From NCBI GenBank assembly GCA_030324005.1, contig JARDVH010000137.1:37396341-37460340 (forward strand): a DNA stretch of 64,000 nucleotides, given 5' to 3'. The position numbers and the translations under genes were made by a program. The notes beneath the pieces are model-generated. The model did not search any database. It was given only the letters and a program-made list of their open reading frames with translations, and had not been told where the DNA came from. Shown here one piece after another: positions 49,380-63,420 of this stretch. This DNA is from Negaprion brevirostris (lineage: Eukaryota). The stretch's first letter is position 1, and each line of letters begins with the position of its first letter.

Positions 49380-50240
49380 GTTTTGACCGAACCTACCTCC
49401 ACCGTGCTTCCCGGCTGAGCGTTCCAGATCCCAACCACTTGCTGGGAGAGAAGGGTTTTTCCTCGCATCACATTCACTTCTTTTGCAAATGACTAAATCT
49501 GCGCCCTCTTGTTCTTAAATGTTTTTATGAGTGGGAACATTTTCTCCGTATCTACTCTTTCCAGTTCCCTTGCGATTTTAAGCATCTAACCTCCTTAGTC
49601 TTTACTAGCAGAACAATCCCAACCCCTCCAGTCTGTCCTCATAACTGTAGTTTCTCATTCGTGGAGCTATTCTTGTAATTCTTGGGCGGTATGATGGCGT
49701 AGTGGTTGGCACTGCTGTCTCAGCGCCAGGGCCTGGGTTCAATTCCCAGCTTGGGTCACCGTCTATGTGGAGTTTGCACGTTCTCCCAGTGTCTGTGTGG
49801 GTTTCCTCCCGGTCTGAAAGACGTGCTGGTTAGGTGCACTGACCCGAACGGGCATCAGAGTGTGGCGACTGAGGGAATTTCACAGTAACTTCATTGCAGC
49901 GTTAATGTAAGCCTTACTTGTGACTAAAATAAACTTTTTACTTTGTAAACCTTTTCTGCGCTCTTTCCAATGTGTTCACTCCCCCCGCCCCCCCAAATAG
50001 TGTGGTGCCTAGAACTATGCACAATATTTCAGCTGAGGTCTAATTAGTGTCTTGCTCTTGTGTTCTACGGGGTGCCCCGTTAAACCCGTAAAATATGCTT
50101 TATTAACTGCTCTCTCCATCTGCCGTCTTCAATGATCTATGCACGTATACAACCGGCTCACACTGCTCCTGCGCTCCTTCAAGAATTTTATCTCTTATTT
50201 TGTATTGCCTCTTCGTACTATTCCTACCAAAATGGATCTT
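49380..50240 (-). mobile_element. Old CR1-type LINE fragment interrupted by a V-SINE variant at 49684-49940 (+)
   Basis: CR1 3'-region motifs on both sides; the SINE has an HE1 head and the alternative tail. Confidence 0.75.
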
Positions 50241-50774
50241 TACTCAACTTGGAACGGCAGCCTAGATTAAGAAGCCTCACCATATTCAAAAGGTGCACTT
50301 ATGCACATTTACGACAGAAATGAAGCAACTTCTAGTTTAATAAAAGACTAAGCTTTTACTGTGCGAATAGTTAAGAGTCATTTGCCACTTCATTCTGTGC
50401 CCAAATTTGCATCAACTATTAATATTATCACAGCAAGAAATACTGATAAAAAATTACTTTGCAAAAATCACATAGCTGATATAAATTAGCATGCAAAACT
50501 TACTAAAATGGTTTAAAAAGCTTCCTTGCTGTCAGTGGGTGAAAGAAGTACATCAAACTGCTTGCAAAGTGGGAGTATTTCAATTCCTTTTTTCTGCTCC
50601 TACAGGCCAGTGTTCCCCTTCTACATCCCCACCAAAGATGACATTCCAACTTATCTAAAGTTAACCATATGAATCATGGGGAGAGCTCTAATGTTAACAA
50701 CTCAGATATCTTTACATTTTTGTCAAAGACTTTATGCTGCAATGCACAAGCAGTTAGTCATTGGTTGTCTGAAA

Positions 50775-51320
50775 GGAGGCCAAACTTAGAGTATTGTGTG
50801 CAGTTTTGGTCACCTAATTACAGGAAGGATATTAATAAGGTCGAAAGAGTGCAGAGAAGGTTTACAAGGATGTTGCCGGGACTTGAGAAACCGAGTTGCA
50901 GAGAAAGGTTGAACAGGTTAGGACTTTATTGCCTCGAGCGTAGAAGAACAAGGGGATATTTGATAGAGGTGTATAAAATTACGATGGGTATAGATAGGGT
51001 GAATGCAAGCAGGCTTTTTCCACCGAGGATAGGAGAAAAAAAACTAGAGGACGTGGGTTAAGGGTGAAAAGTTTAAGGGGAATATTGAGCCGGCTTCTTC
51101 ACACAGTGGTGGGAGTGGGGAATGAGCTGCCAGATGAAGTAGTGAAGGAGGGCTCGCTTTTAACATTTAAGAAAAACCTGGACAGGTAGATGGATGAGAA
51201 GGGTGTGGAGGGATATGTTTCAGGTGCAAGTCAGTGGGACTAGGCAGAAAAAGTGGGTAGGCACAGACGAGAAGGGCCAAAAGGCCTGTTTCTGAGCCGT
51301 AATTGTCGATGGTTCTATGC
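50775..51320 (+). mobile_element. CR1-type LINE 3' end
   Basis: RPNLEYCVQFWSPNYRKDINKVERVQRRFTRMLPGL...; tail ends ggttctatg. Confidence 0.9.
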
Positions 51321-51517
51321 AGTAACGCATTGTGAAAGTGCTGTTCTTCACAGTGAAGTGAAGCAGAATTGTGTGCTCGTTATTTAAGGATTAAGAACTC
51401 ATCACAATTTGAAGAGCAGGTAATTCACCTATAGCCAATTAAACTTCAAAATACAAATTAATTCCATTTTTGATTTAATATTTAATGACTCAAATATCTG
51501 AAACGGCTGAAGTAGTC

Positions 51518-51670
51518 AGTCCAAAAGACGTGCTGGTTAAGTGCATTAACCGTGCTAAGTTCTCCCTCGTGTACTGAGTAGGCGCTGGAGTGTGGCGACT
51601 AGGGGATTTTCACAGTAACTTTGTTGCAGTGTTAATATAAGCCTACTTGTGACACTAGTAAATAAAAAAT
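51518..51670 (+). mobile_element. 5'-truncated V-SINE variant (alternative tail)
   Basis: ccaaaagacgtgctggtta...aggcgctggagtgtggcgactaggggattttcacagtaac...cctacttgtgacact. Confidence 0.8.
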
Positions 51671-51974
51671 AAAAATGTTTAATGCAGTCAGTATATGTAG
51701 AACTACAAAGGCAGGTTAGTGATTTGAACAACGTGTCTACAAATGCTGACTCACCTTTGAGAATGATTGACAGACCGTCCATCCTCTGTCCAACTCAATG
51801 CTGGTTTTAAAAAAAGCAAATCATATTTTAAAACACTCGGCAATGTAAAAATGTCTAAAACACAACAATGACGCATGCATTTTAACTATCAGAGTTCGGA
51901 TTTACCTGGAAGAGTTTATCATTTGTTTGGGAAACCGACGGTAATATACATCAATGAAAACATCCAGTCCCTTG

Positions 51975-52540
51975 AAACTCCTCCACCGTCTAATAAAAAG
52001 CATGTTTGATCCTCAACCTTAACCCCGCTTTCTGGCCCAATCTGCCATATCCCTCAATTCCTTTAGTCTATCAATGTCTGCCTTGAACATGTACAGTAAC
52101 TGAATATCCTCTGGGATAGAGAATTGCAAAGATTCACAGCTAGGAGAGAAAAAGCTCATCTCCGTCTGAAATGGACATTTCCTTACCCTGAGATTAAGAT
52201 CCTGATTATTGGGCTCTCCAGCCAAGTAAAACAATCTCTATCTCTGCAGAAGTCTCGCAGAATATTTCACGTTTCAATTAGATTGCCCCCTCACTTTTTT
52301 AAAACCCAGAGACTTTAAGCATTCTACTCAATCTCCCTCTTTATACCAACAACCCTCATCACAGGAACTCAATTTTGTTGCACATTTTACTTTAAGCGCA
52401 GAGGACAAAATTGAGACCAGAGGGTTGATCTCCGAAAAACCTTATATAATTGCGGTAAGGCTTCATTACTCTGACTCTAAACCCCATGCAATAAAACATA
52501 CCGTTTGCCTTCCTAGTTGCTTGCTGTAGTCGCACGTTCA
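51975..52540 (-). mobile_element. Old CR1-type LINE 3' fragment (further old pieces at about 53200-53750 minus and 54610-54845 plus)
   Basis: LNLRVRKCPFQTEM...MFKADIDRL; CR1 3'UTR-like sequence. Confidence 0.7.
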
Positions 52541-55500
52541 CTTAGTAGTCCAGAGCTTGTCTCCAGGTTGTAAGAAACTAGACAAACGACCCAAGGTGTG
52601 CTTATGGAAACACGGAAGCCTGGAAAAATGACTGGGAATTTCCCAGGATGCTCGAACTTTCAATGGGCAATTCCCCTGCTCCCTTAGACCCTCTGAAAAG
52701 GTCTCTTGAATCAAGATTCAAACACTTTGCACAATTCTGACGTACTTACTTGAAGTTAACCGGGAAATCCTAGTGTAGGACTACTATACAACTGACAATC
52801 ATCCCATCCACTTACACACAAACCATTCACTTATGTACTGACACCCAAAGAAACTTGGGGACTTTTAAGCACTCACCAAGAATATGGCAGCTGGTACCAT
52901 AAAAAGGGGATGCGTTCTCTTCACTACTCTCGGGATTTCTGCACTATGTAATGGAGGTAGGAGCCTTTTCAACATTTGCAGTTAAGTGGGCAGATTTCCA
53001 TTTGATCAGCGTTGGACACATGGGTTGACTCTGATTGGAAATTTTGGGCCTGTGTTTTTGTACAAGGACACCAAAATCCCTCTGAAAACCAACACATAAG
53101 ATTCTCACCGTAAAAATGAAGTCCTATTTTTCTACTCTTTCCAATTATTTTGTTTGTGGTGGAGGTGGGGGGTGCGGACATGCTGAGAATTTCTTTAAGT
53201 CCGTGGTCTCTTTAAATATATTTTGCATGCTAACTGCCTGAGGTCCTTCAGGTCACTGCGACTTTTGGGTTGTTTCCACAGAAAACATCGCTTTCCGAAA
53301 AAAGTGAACTCTTTCGCATTATATTCCATCTGCCAACTTTTTGCTTCAACTAACCTGTCTACATCTCTCTCCTCTTTATAACAGTACTTCCTTTCAGTCA
53401 TTAATGTAAATAGTTGAAGCTCCTGAACTAATTCAACTAGTAACAGCCTCATCAGTAAACAGCCATTTTAATTCCTATTGTTTTCTTCTCTTTAACCAAT
53501 TCTGTTATCCCAATACTACAAACCCTCATTTTGATTACATCCACTGGTTCCCCAATATCTACTCTTCTTTTACATCTTCAAAAAAATTCCAATTGATATC
53601 AAATACTATTTCCCCTTTCATTTAATCAAACTGACTCTTGTCTATGATTTTCTAAGTGCCCTGTTATCACCCTCTAATAACAGATTTGGATCATTTTTCC
53701 AATGGGAAATGTCAGGCTAACTGACTTGTGGTTTCTCACTTTCTCTCCTATTTTGGATCAATTCCTTTGCTCCGATTCACAAGAGCCTGACCTCGTATCA
53801 ACATGCCAGACAGGGTTCCATTTTTCTAATTAATGCAAACTATAACCACAGGCTTTGGGAGATAGCTTTACGTAAAAGGATAACACTTGAATTATTTCAC
53901 TGCACACAGGAACATGGCCCTGTGCAAGTTGCTAATTTTGCTTTTGTCCCTTGCCGCTCACCCTAAGCCTGGAAGTGGAGTTGAAGAAAGCTGGTAATAA
54001 TTATTCAGTTACTTGAACGGAACCAAGAGCCTAATCTTGAGTAAGCAAGAATTCAGGTTATTTCTGCCAACGTTCTTCTGTCTCCATTAGACAGGATTGC
54101 TTGTAGTTATTGGGGGAACTTCCTGGGAGCGTTCTAGTGTTTGTGGTGGGTTACTTGCGGTCATTCATTCTGTCCTCAAAGCGTACTCTTTACTTCTAGC
54201 TTCTGTTTTTAGACTTGCAGAAATGGGATAGTCACAAAAACAACCGTCATGCTGTCTGCAAAACCTAACAGTACTTGATATAAATTCTATGCTAGAGATT
54301 CCGCAAGTCTTTGATTGGAAAACCACACACAAGAGTTTGTTCTATGAATTGATCACCTCATCCCAATACCCTCATCAAAATGTTTAAACCTAAACTGAGA
54401 GATTTCCTTTAAACATTAAAAAATTGCTGAGAAGGCAAGTGCAAGTAATACAAGCGAATTCAAGTGCTGAAACAACACCTGCACTGACAAGTAATAACTA
54501 CTAATTACCCAGGAGGTAATCCAGTGTCTTCAAGTTAAGGCTCAAAACTATTACAAAGGGCTTTGCCTATTATTCTCCTCCTTACCCTCACACCATGAAG
54601 ATTGATGAAATTATGTTCACATACGCTTCACTCAGGAGGGTAGTGAATCTTGGAATTCTCTAATTAAGGGGGGCTGTGGATGCTCAGTTATCAAGTAGAG
54701 ATCGACAATCTTTAGATATTAAAGATATTAAGGGACACAGAGATAGTATACGAAAATGGTGTTGCAGTAGATGAGCAGCTATGATTTCGTTGAATGGCGC
54801 AGCAAGTTCAAGGGACCAAATGACTGACTCTGATTCTCTACCTTAGTCTTTACAATTTGATGTAAACCTGGTGAATGTTTACAAGGTCTCAAACTTGTGC
54901 CTTAGCAATTCAAATTACGAGGGAAGGAATCGCACTCACGCCGGGGTAGTTATTACAACAGCAACAATGGGAGAACAAGAGGAATTTTTTATTTTGCAGT
55001 GATTGGTCTGTCATTTAGTTGTGGCAGCCCTGGGAAATATTTGGATCAGCTTTTATAAATACTTTGCAGGTGTTTTACTCTTTATGGGATTAAGTTTAAA
55101 TTCATACACATCAGAAAGTTCACTAACTTGTGGTGCTCAGTTAAAGTTCCGTTTGAAGGCTATTATTTGTCAAATTATTTCAAATGAGTTCATGACCAAA
55201 TTAAAATAAAATGCAAGTACGTTATCCAATGGGTTTCCACATAAACACTCAAGTGTGAAATATATTTAACCACCTGCAAGTATCCATAACCTTGAGCAAG
55301 ATTCAGTTTTGTAACCCTCAAACAAGATTAAGTTCAGTTGCTCATATTGGTGTTTTATTTCAAGCCAAGACACCTACAATTATTTTAAAAGTGAATATAC
55401 AAGTTACCTTGTTCTTCATTTGACTGGAGTCAAATTATTGCAAATGTACCTTGTATAACACTGGTCTCCTGTCACAACAAAATAAATAAATCATGCTGAT

Positions 55501-57185
55501 TTAAAATGCCTGTTCTGTTCCACTGCTAAAGTGGTAAACAGCACAAATTTGGCATCTTCTGTATACATTTACACCATTCAAAAATATTTTTCCTACATTT
55601 ACTGTTGAGCTAAAATAATAATTTTCAAGAAAAATTTGAAGTGAAACTACATTTGGCTTTGCAAGAGGAAGTGGGCTGATCAGAACAACTTCTGAATGGC
55701 CACAAAATCCCAATGTTAAAAAGCTGCATCTGGTTAGTAATCTGCATTTGAGATTGCTTTGTTCCAGTGTTCAAAAAAGATGACAGTGCATCAGTTTTTT
55801 TTTTACAGGAATGTCCTTCAAGTCCACTACACTGAGCTTATAGCTAATGTAGTTTTCTCCCTTTACGTTGGGTAAAATGCAAACATTACATTTTTGGTGA
55901 GGCCATGTTCCAGAATGTCTGTACTGAGCAATTAATATTCACAAACAATCAGTAGGTCAGGGTCAATTTGTGTTAAATGTAAAGTAAAATTTCCTCCACC
56001 TCTCTCCCCAAGTGTCTTTAACATTGACATGGAATAACATTCCTCTATTTCAAAATTAATATTTTCTGTTTTCCTATGCAAACTTTTCATGGCAAATTAT
56101 AAATCGCCCTGAGCTTGTATCCTCCACGAATGGCATTAAAATAGCACTGCTGGGCCTTTACAACGGTCTGTGCCTGCTGCAAATCCAGACAGACGAAAGG
56201 GACCCATGAAAGGAAATGTGTAATCTCAGTACTGCTGAGTAGTAGCCGTACTGAGAATTGTTCAAGGTTACTCATCCCTTCCTGGAGGAAAAAGAGCACG
56301 GCTTAGCATCTTGCTTCTCAGATGAAATCTAAACATTCGTTTATCTTTAATTTCCTACAAAAACATTAAGACAGTGTGCCTAGCTGCCCCACTCCACACA
56401 CTACTCCCCTTTCATTTACCTTAATAACCAGCACAACGCTTTGACAGTCACCATTTCTGTCATGTTCAAAGATCTGGTCAGCAGTTGTTTAGACACAGTA
56501 AAACATCAGAAGCATTTTCACTGTCTGGGTTCCAGATTCAACCAAAGCATTATTTGCATGAGTCAAACAGATGCTCAAAAAAACATTCGAGGCATTAAAA
56601 TGCTTTAATCTTGGAGACGTGGGTTAAAGTCCTGCCAGATGGGATAAAGGCTTACTTTGTTGGCTTTGAGGGTCATTTATGAAGTGCCCACATGAAACAT
56701 GTACACTTCTGTAAAGTACAATTGTGCAGTAGTTCCAGTGAACTTCTTTCCTGTTCTGCAAAGTTTTTTCTAAATCCACAGTCATATTGGTAGTATGAAG
56801 ACTGGAGAATTAAGTCTTTGAAAATTTAAAAACCCATTATCAATAACTGCCACTGCCTATTTAACAAAGATTAAATAATAGTAAACTTATTCAGATTTAG
56901 TGATGCACCTTCTCCATAACTTCGAAACCACATCTGCCACTGCAGCGTATCAACTCCCCCTCCCCTCACCATTTCCCATTTAAGTGAACCTCCAGAAATA
57001 CCACAAGTAGCACAGTATGTTACACCATGAGTACGTTGAAAACTTAAAACTTGAGAACTTAACCAAAATGCATTTACTTCTCAATTTCTGCAGTGTTAGG
57101 GGATGCAATGAGCAGAATGTTAGGCACCTTACTACAAAACAAAAATCTGGGCCATTGCTGACCTATTTCTACTCATCTGTTGACT

Positions 57186-57495
57186 GGGTGGCACAGTGAT
57201 TAGCACTGCTGCCTCTCAGCTCCAGGGCCCTGGGTTTGATTGCCAGCTTGGGTCATTGTATGGAGTCTGCACATTCCCCTCGTTTCTGCGTGGATTTCCT
57301 CCCGTAGTCCAAAGACGCGCGCGGGTTAGCTTGATTGGCCATGCTAAATTGCCCTTTAGTGTCCTGGGGTGCGTGGGTTAGAGGATTAGCGAGATAAACG
57401 TGTGGAGTTACGGGGATACGGCTTTAGTGAGATTCTTGTCGGTGCAGACTCGATGGGCCGAATGGCCTCCTTCTTCACTACAGGGTTTTGAAGGA
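57186..57495 (+). mobile_element. HE1-like V-SINE
   Basis: gggtggcacagtgattagcactgctgcctctcag head through gatgggccgaatggcctccttc tail. Confidence 0.85.
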
Positions 57496-59739
57496 TAGAA
57501 CTGCAGAAGTCTGAAAAAGATTTGCGCAAACTCCCTCTTAACCTTCCTGCATCACCAAAATATATAACTTGATATGGCATAATACATTAATTTACAGGAG
57601 GGAGAAGTGAAGGAAGGGACTAAAGAATAACATTTCAATCCCAAGGAAAGTGAATGGAATTTTGGAAATATACAAGGTGCTAACCATAACATCCTACCTC
57701 CACCTGCAGGAGGCCAAACTTCAGATCTATATTCACACAGCTACAAAGTTCTTTCAATTTAACTTCATAAATCTGGCAGACATGCCTGTCAAATTTTTAA
57801 AAATCTGTACCCTGCAGTAAAAGGGAAACAAGCTTCAAGTGCAACAGAAGAGTCCAGCTCGGCCACCTGCCCGCTAAAATATTAAACTACTCGCTAATAC
57901 CTATTAAACGTTTCCCCCTCGCTTCCCATAAAGCAACGTGGAATTTGAAACATCATTAATTTCAGCTAATATTTTGCTGTCCAATCAAACTGTTGTTCCT
58001 ATTAGTGACAACCCTTAAACAAGCCTGCAGCAGCGGACACGTTCCCCACAGATGCTGGTATTGCAGAGAATCAAGAGCCAAAGCTTCAAGTGTAGACGAG
58101 CTAAGAGCAAAGAGAATCAGCAGAGATTTGTACTATTGGGATGGTGGCGGTGGTGGCGGAGGAGGGGGTGTGGAATTGGACAAAGGGAGTGTAAATGAGG
58201 ATACAGAAGGCTGAGAAGATATTATGAGCGTCCGTGAAGCGTCCATTCTGTTTTTCAGATTCTAGCATCTGCCGTATTGTGTTATTTTACAAAAAAAATT
58301 ACCGTCCTCCTATAGTACAGAATGCATCTGCACACAGTCGCCTGCAGGTAAGAAACTTGATTAATCTTTTATATGTTTGGGAAGCATAAACTGAAAATTG
58401 ACGATTGCCCCTTCCACCAGAATATCACGAGCCACACTGATCATCCCAATATGTTGTAGTTTCCTTGTACAACTTTTAAGGTCCAGTTGCAGTGCAAAGA
58501 GAGCAAACTTTTCATTTTGTTCTAAGAAGTAAAGCAGGTTACAAGGTCCTTCTCAACATTAACACACACAGTAAAGGTTGTGATGTTAAGACAAACAAAT
58601 GAAATTCGCATCTAGCTGATCAATGGTATTCAGCCAAGCTCGACGCAGCTTTAAAAGTGAGCTTGGGTACAACATTAAATCCAGTTGTATTAAGTCTTCC
58701 AAATCTACCAGAAGGAAACAAAGATATTAGTGAGCAAACTTGCTGCTTTCACATCCTGCTGTTCAGCTCAGATGTTCTGAATTCCTTCAGCTTCCGTCCT
58801 CACCTGGAGAAATACATCACTTCAGCAAAGGAACAGCACGTGGGAATTATGCCAATTTGAACGTTATCAAAGTTATCTACTGCTGTACCGTGGCTGTCCT
58901 ATTGCGATTCACAGAATTAAAATATCCTCAAGATCCAGCCGTGGGCAATTGCTGCTTTAGACTGTAGTATAGTGAAGGTGGTGGTGGGGAGAGAGGGAGA
59001 GGAAGGTGCTTCTTCAGATGAAAAGGTTGACATTCCTAGAACATCTTTCCACACCCTTCTCAAACAAACATTACCGACCCGCTTCATACATAAATAATTA
59101 CTTAATAGTGCAGTGACTTGTACAAAGGAAACATCGAACAATGTCATGGCTGCTGTAGAGCTGTGCTATCTTTTGAGATTAAGCCATTTGGCATATTCAA
59201 TATTGTGAACACCAATGGAATGATCTATAAAGCTTATCCAAGTAATTTGGTGTTAGAAACGTTCAACAAATTCAAAAGTTAAAGCATCTTCATTCGGACA
59301 CAATTATCTCGAATTTAATAAGATTCGCTATTTCGCATATAGCTTAAAATATGAAAAAATTATTAGCCAGTAAATACATGGGTTAAATCTTCACCTCTTG
59401 AACAATCCTTTTGCTTTATATACATCTACCTATCTTTCCAGTTTTGCTTCTTCCAAAGGTCATGGGTCCTTGCACTCCCCAACAGTTGGCAGAACAACTA
59501 TTCTTGATCTTGTTTCTGATGCTACACGGACAGCAAGTAGAACGGTGGCTTAATGGGCTTATTTACCTCGACCATTTTCTTTTTACAGCAAAGGATTCAG
59601 ATCTCGCCTGAACTAGCAATTCACGTGATCGAGATTATGGCAGCAAAGCTACAGTTATCCCACCAGCATCAGATTGTTCTATTTTAACTTTGGTTACGTT
59701 TCAATTTTCGTTTATTCCTATTTACGGCCTTAATACCAC

Positions 59740-60860
59740 AAATGTGATTTTGAAATAGCCTCCGTGTCTGCAGCCTTAGCTACATCGTCCTCTAGTGCCT
59801 CCCCACTTTTGTCCAGTTGGGCAGGACTCCGCTCATCCATTCTAATCTGTCTATACAGGCAGAGTATCACTTGTTATGACAACTCTTCCTGCACCCATGC
59901 CATTATATGTGGCGTCCTACAATGATCTGTTCTTAGCCCCTTCCTATTGCTCATGTATACATTGCCCCAACATGACACTATCTGAAAACACAGCATTAGT
60001 TTTCACTTGAACACTGATGAAGCCTGGCTCTACCTCACCACCAGCTCTGGTAATTCTTGCATGCTGATTAATTGACTGCCTGTCTGACATCCAGTACAGA
60101 AATCTCCTCCAATTAAATACTGGGAAGACCAAAGCAGTTGCTTTGGTGCCCACTACAAACTCAGTTCCCAAATAATTCATCTCTCTTCCTAGCAACTCAG
60201 TCACTATTTACAGCCCTAGTGTCATATTTGACTCCAAAATGGGCTTCCAACAGCATATTCATGCCATCACAAAATCAGTTCACTTCCATGAAAACAACAA
60301 TGCCTGATTCTGCTCCCACCTCAACTCATTGGCTGAAACCTCATCCCTGCGCTTTTCACCTCCAGATCTGACTATTCCAATATCCTTGTAGCTGGTTTCC
60401 CCCATTCTGCTGAACTTGAAATCATCCAAAACTTTGCTGTTCACGTTTTACTTTCACCAAGTCCCGTTCAGTCACCTGCCTGCTAAGCTGCGTTGGGTTC
60501 CTGGTCAAGCAACGCCTCAGTTTTAAAATTCCATCGTTGTTTCCAAATCCCTCCAGAATCACATCCATTTCTCTATAATCTCCTTCAGTTCTACAATCCT
60601 GAGATATCTGCAGTCATCTAATTCAGGCCACTTCAGTATTTGACACCGTTTCATCATTTCAGCTACTCACGCCCTTATTTCTTAATTTTCCTCTCTAAAA
60701 TGCTCAGCCCCCCTTTCCTCCTCGATCCTCCTTATAATCCTTCTCTTCGACTGAGCTTTTGGCCATCTGCTCCAATATCACCACAGTTAGCTCATTTTGC
60801 TTTCCGATGCACTCGTGAAGCATCTTTGTTTAATTACACTAAAGACATAAACACAAGTTA
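59740..60860 (+). mobile_element. Old L2-type LINE 3' half
   Basis: GVLQ*SVLSPFLLLMYTLP (GVPQGSVLGPLLF-like), LLQLNTGKTKAV, L2-type tail. Confidence 0.8.
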
Positions 60861-61264
60861 ATGTGTAAACTGCTAAAGGTTATAACGAGTGTATCACGCC
60901 ACTTCATTGGTGTCAAACAGGAAAAGTTTTTCTTTGGTTATCCGTGTAAGCCATGAATCTAGACAGGCTATTCAACCCTGAGACATCACAGGTAAGCCCA
61001 CTGGTTAAGCAGTGTCCATTGGATAGCAATATTGACTGGGGAAACTGGTTGATGAAATCCACTAGAGGGCCCAACAGAGGTCACCTAATTGACCTAGAAC
61101 TGAGCATGGGATCCGAATGGTCTACGCAGCTCAGCTACCTTGTGAATAAAAGCCACTGAACTGCCGGAAGTGGAGAAAAATGGACTTCGTAGATACATAC
61201 ATATCATGAAATATATTTTGTGTCCATTCATATTTTGAATATTCGTAACCCCGACTACACAGAC

Positions 61265-62401
61265 GTCATAATTAAACAAGGTTTTTATTCCGCAGTTTGA
61301 TTTTTAGCAACAGTTACCAGGTCCCAATAGCCCAGAACAGATATGCACTTTTTTTTCTCCTCCTCTTAAATAAACAGTTTGCAGCAATGTGTTTTTCTTC
61401 TTTTCGTTTGAAATATAGCCTGCAAAACCAAGCCAGGAATAGCCAATGTCAACACAAAGTAACAAATAAGCAAAGAAAGCAAATAAGCAGTAGGTAAGTG
61501 CAGCGCTGGTCAAATTAATAGCTGTTCATTTAGGTCAGGTAACGGCTCAGTTACATTGGCTTCTTGCCCAAAACATGCAAACCCGAAGCATTTGATCACT
61601 ACACATTAATAAAAATTGATTAAATTCATCAGGAATCTGTTAAAATATGAAAATCTGCAGGTGTAAAGTAGATTTATCTGGATTTAAACAGACTGAAGTA
61701 AACTTTTAACCACTCCATTGGTTATTTAAAAAAAAACATAACTACATTCATTTTCACCGAACATAAAATTAAATTTACGTACGAAAACAGTTGTGATTCC
61801 AAAGCTTCTGAAATATAAAATGGAGTGATCTGAAATGATAGTAACCCCATTTTCATCTGCAGAAATGAAATACACCCAGAAATATCCTAATTCCACATAT
61901 GAACAAAATACTGCATATTTACTAACAACTGCATTAGGTAGGTCATTAAAGGCTAGCTGCCAGATGTAGGAAATGGGTCCAACCTTTGTTTCCTTTATGT
62001 AATATACAATCTTTTGTAACTGGTGCACAGTAAGCACTTGCCATGCTGCCGTCACACTGGTCTGCTCAAGTCTATAAGTATCTGATGGAGAACGTCAGAT
62101 GTGCGTGGCTAGCTGTGGCCCTTCCCGTCTCTCCCTTTCCCAGTGAGCACTGAGGTAGTTGAGCAGGAGGAACAGCCTCTTATGAGGGGAGTCACTTATT
62201 AAATTTGTTCAGTTTATTTTAATTTATTCCTGTGTTTTAAGGCTTCCTGTTTCTCAGTGCTACAATTTACAGTCACTCATACAGGTCCCCTAAACCCATA
62301 ACGAGTCAACACATTCTGAAGTTCTAGATGTTAAGTTAGACTTGTCCATTTGGCACCTTGCATTTGATAGAAATTAAGCATCTTTTCCCATTCCCCAGTC
62401 T
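61265..62401 (-). other. FOXK2: FOXK2 3'UTR (minimum extent), AATAAA on minus strand at 61284-61289
   Basis: Repeat-free AU-rich sequence downstream of the stop; tttatt at 61284-61289 on +. A longer UTR isoform is not excluded. Confidence 0.55.
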
Positions 62402-62641
<240 letters not shown>

Positions 62642-63189
62642 TCAATTCCTATTAGGTTTGCCTTGACAGTTCCCCACAATTATTAAAAGGGTGGGAAAGT
62701 TCTAATTTAATTTGATGCCTATATTCAGTTAAATAAATTTGCACTGGAGGACAATTTACAACAGTAACGCTTTTCAATGATTCATACACTGTTAGGCAAT
62801 CAAGAGACAAATATTGCCACTGTTTATCAATTTCAGAAGAAATACCTTTTACCTAAAAAAAGGACTGGATTTTGGAGTTGTAATAAAAAGGGCTAACCAA
62901 GTTTTGGAGTTTGTCAACTTCAATGTCAAACTTATGAAATATTTTACAATAACAGAAGAAAAGAGCAGATAAAATTCTGCAACCACTTTGATAACTGCAG
63001 TCACTAAGTCGTGGTAGCTTCAGATGCAAGACTTCATGAAATCTCTTCAACTGAACCAGGTAGTCGTCTTGTACCTTTGACTGCCACAGGTGATAAGGTT
63101 GGCAGTATGTAGACGAGAAACAGCTGGCTCGAAGGATAGATGCTTGGGCATGCGAGAGGAAATGGTGCCAAGTCGCGATGAGAAGCCGT

Positions 63190-63420
63190 TTGTAGGTGAT
63201 TTCTGCCATCTGATATTAAGAAATGTCTGAGCATATTGGATGCAGCGAAAGCTATGGGTCTCAACAACAACCTAGTTTTAGTGCTAAGGATGTTCTTGAG
63301 AAGTATCCATGCCTCTAGCCAAAGTATTTCAGTGCACTGGCACCTACCTGACAAAAGGTGGAAAATTGCTCAGCTGTGTCCTCGCCACAAAAGGAAAAAC
63401 AAATGAGGAGCCTATCAACT
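63190..63420 (+). mobile_element. LINE RT N-terminal fragment in the last FOXK2 intron
   Basis: DIKKCLSILDAAKAMG...PLAKVFQ...WKIAQLCPRHK. Confidence 0.65.

Noticed and set aside
58138-58175. G-rich run encoding poly-Gly in ORF 57993..58214
   Set aside because: Low-complexity tract inside a decayed Penelope-type repeat, with no splice or coding support.
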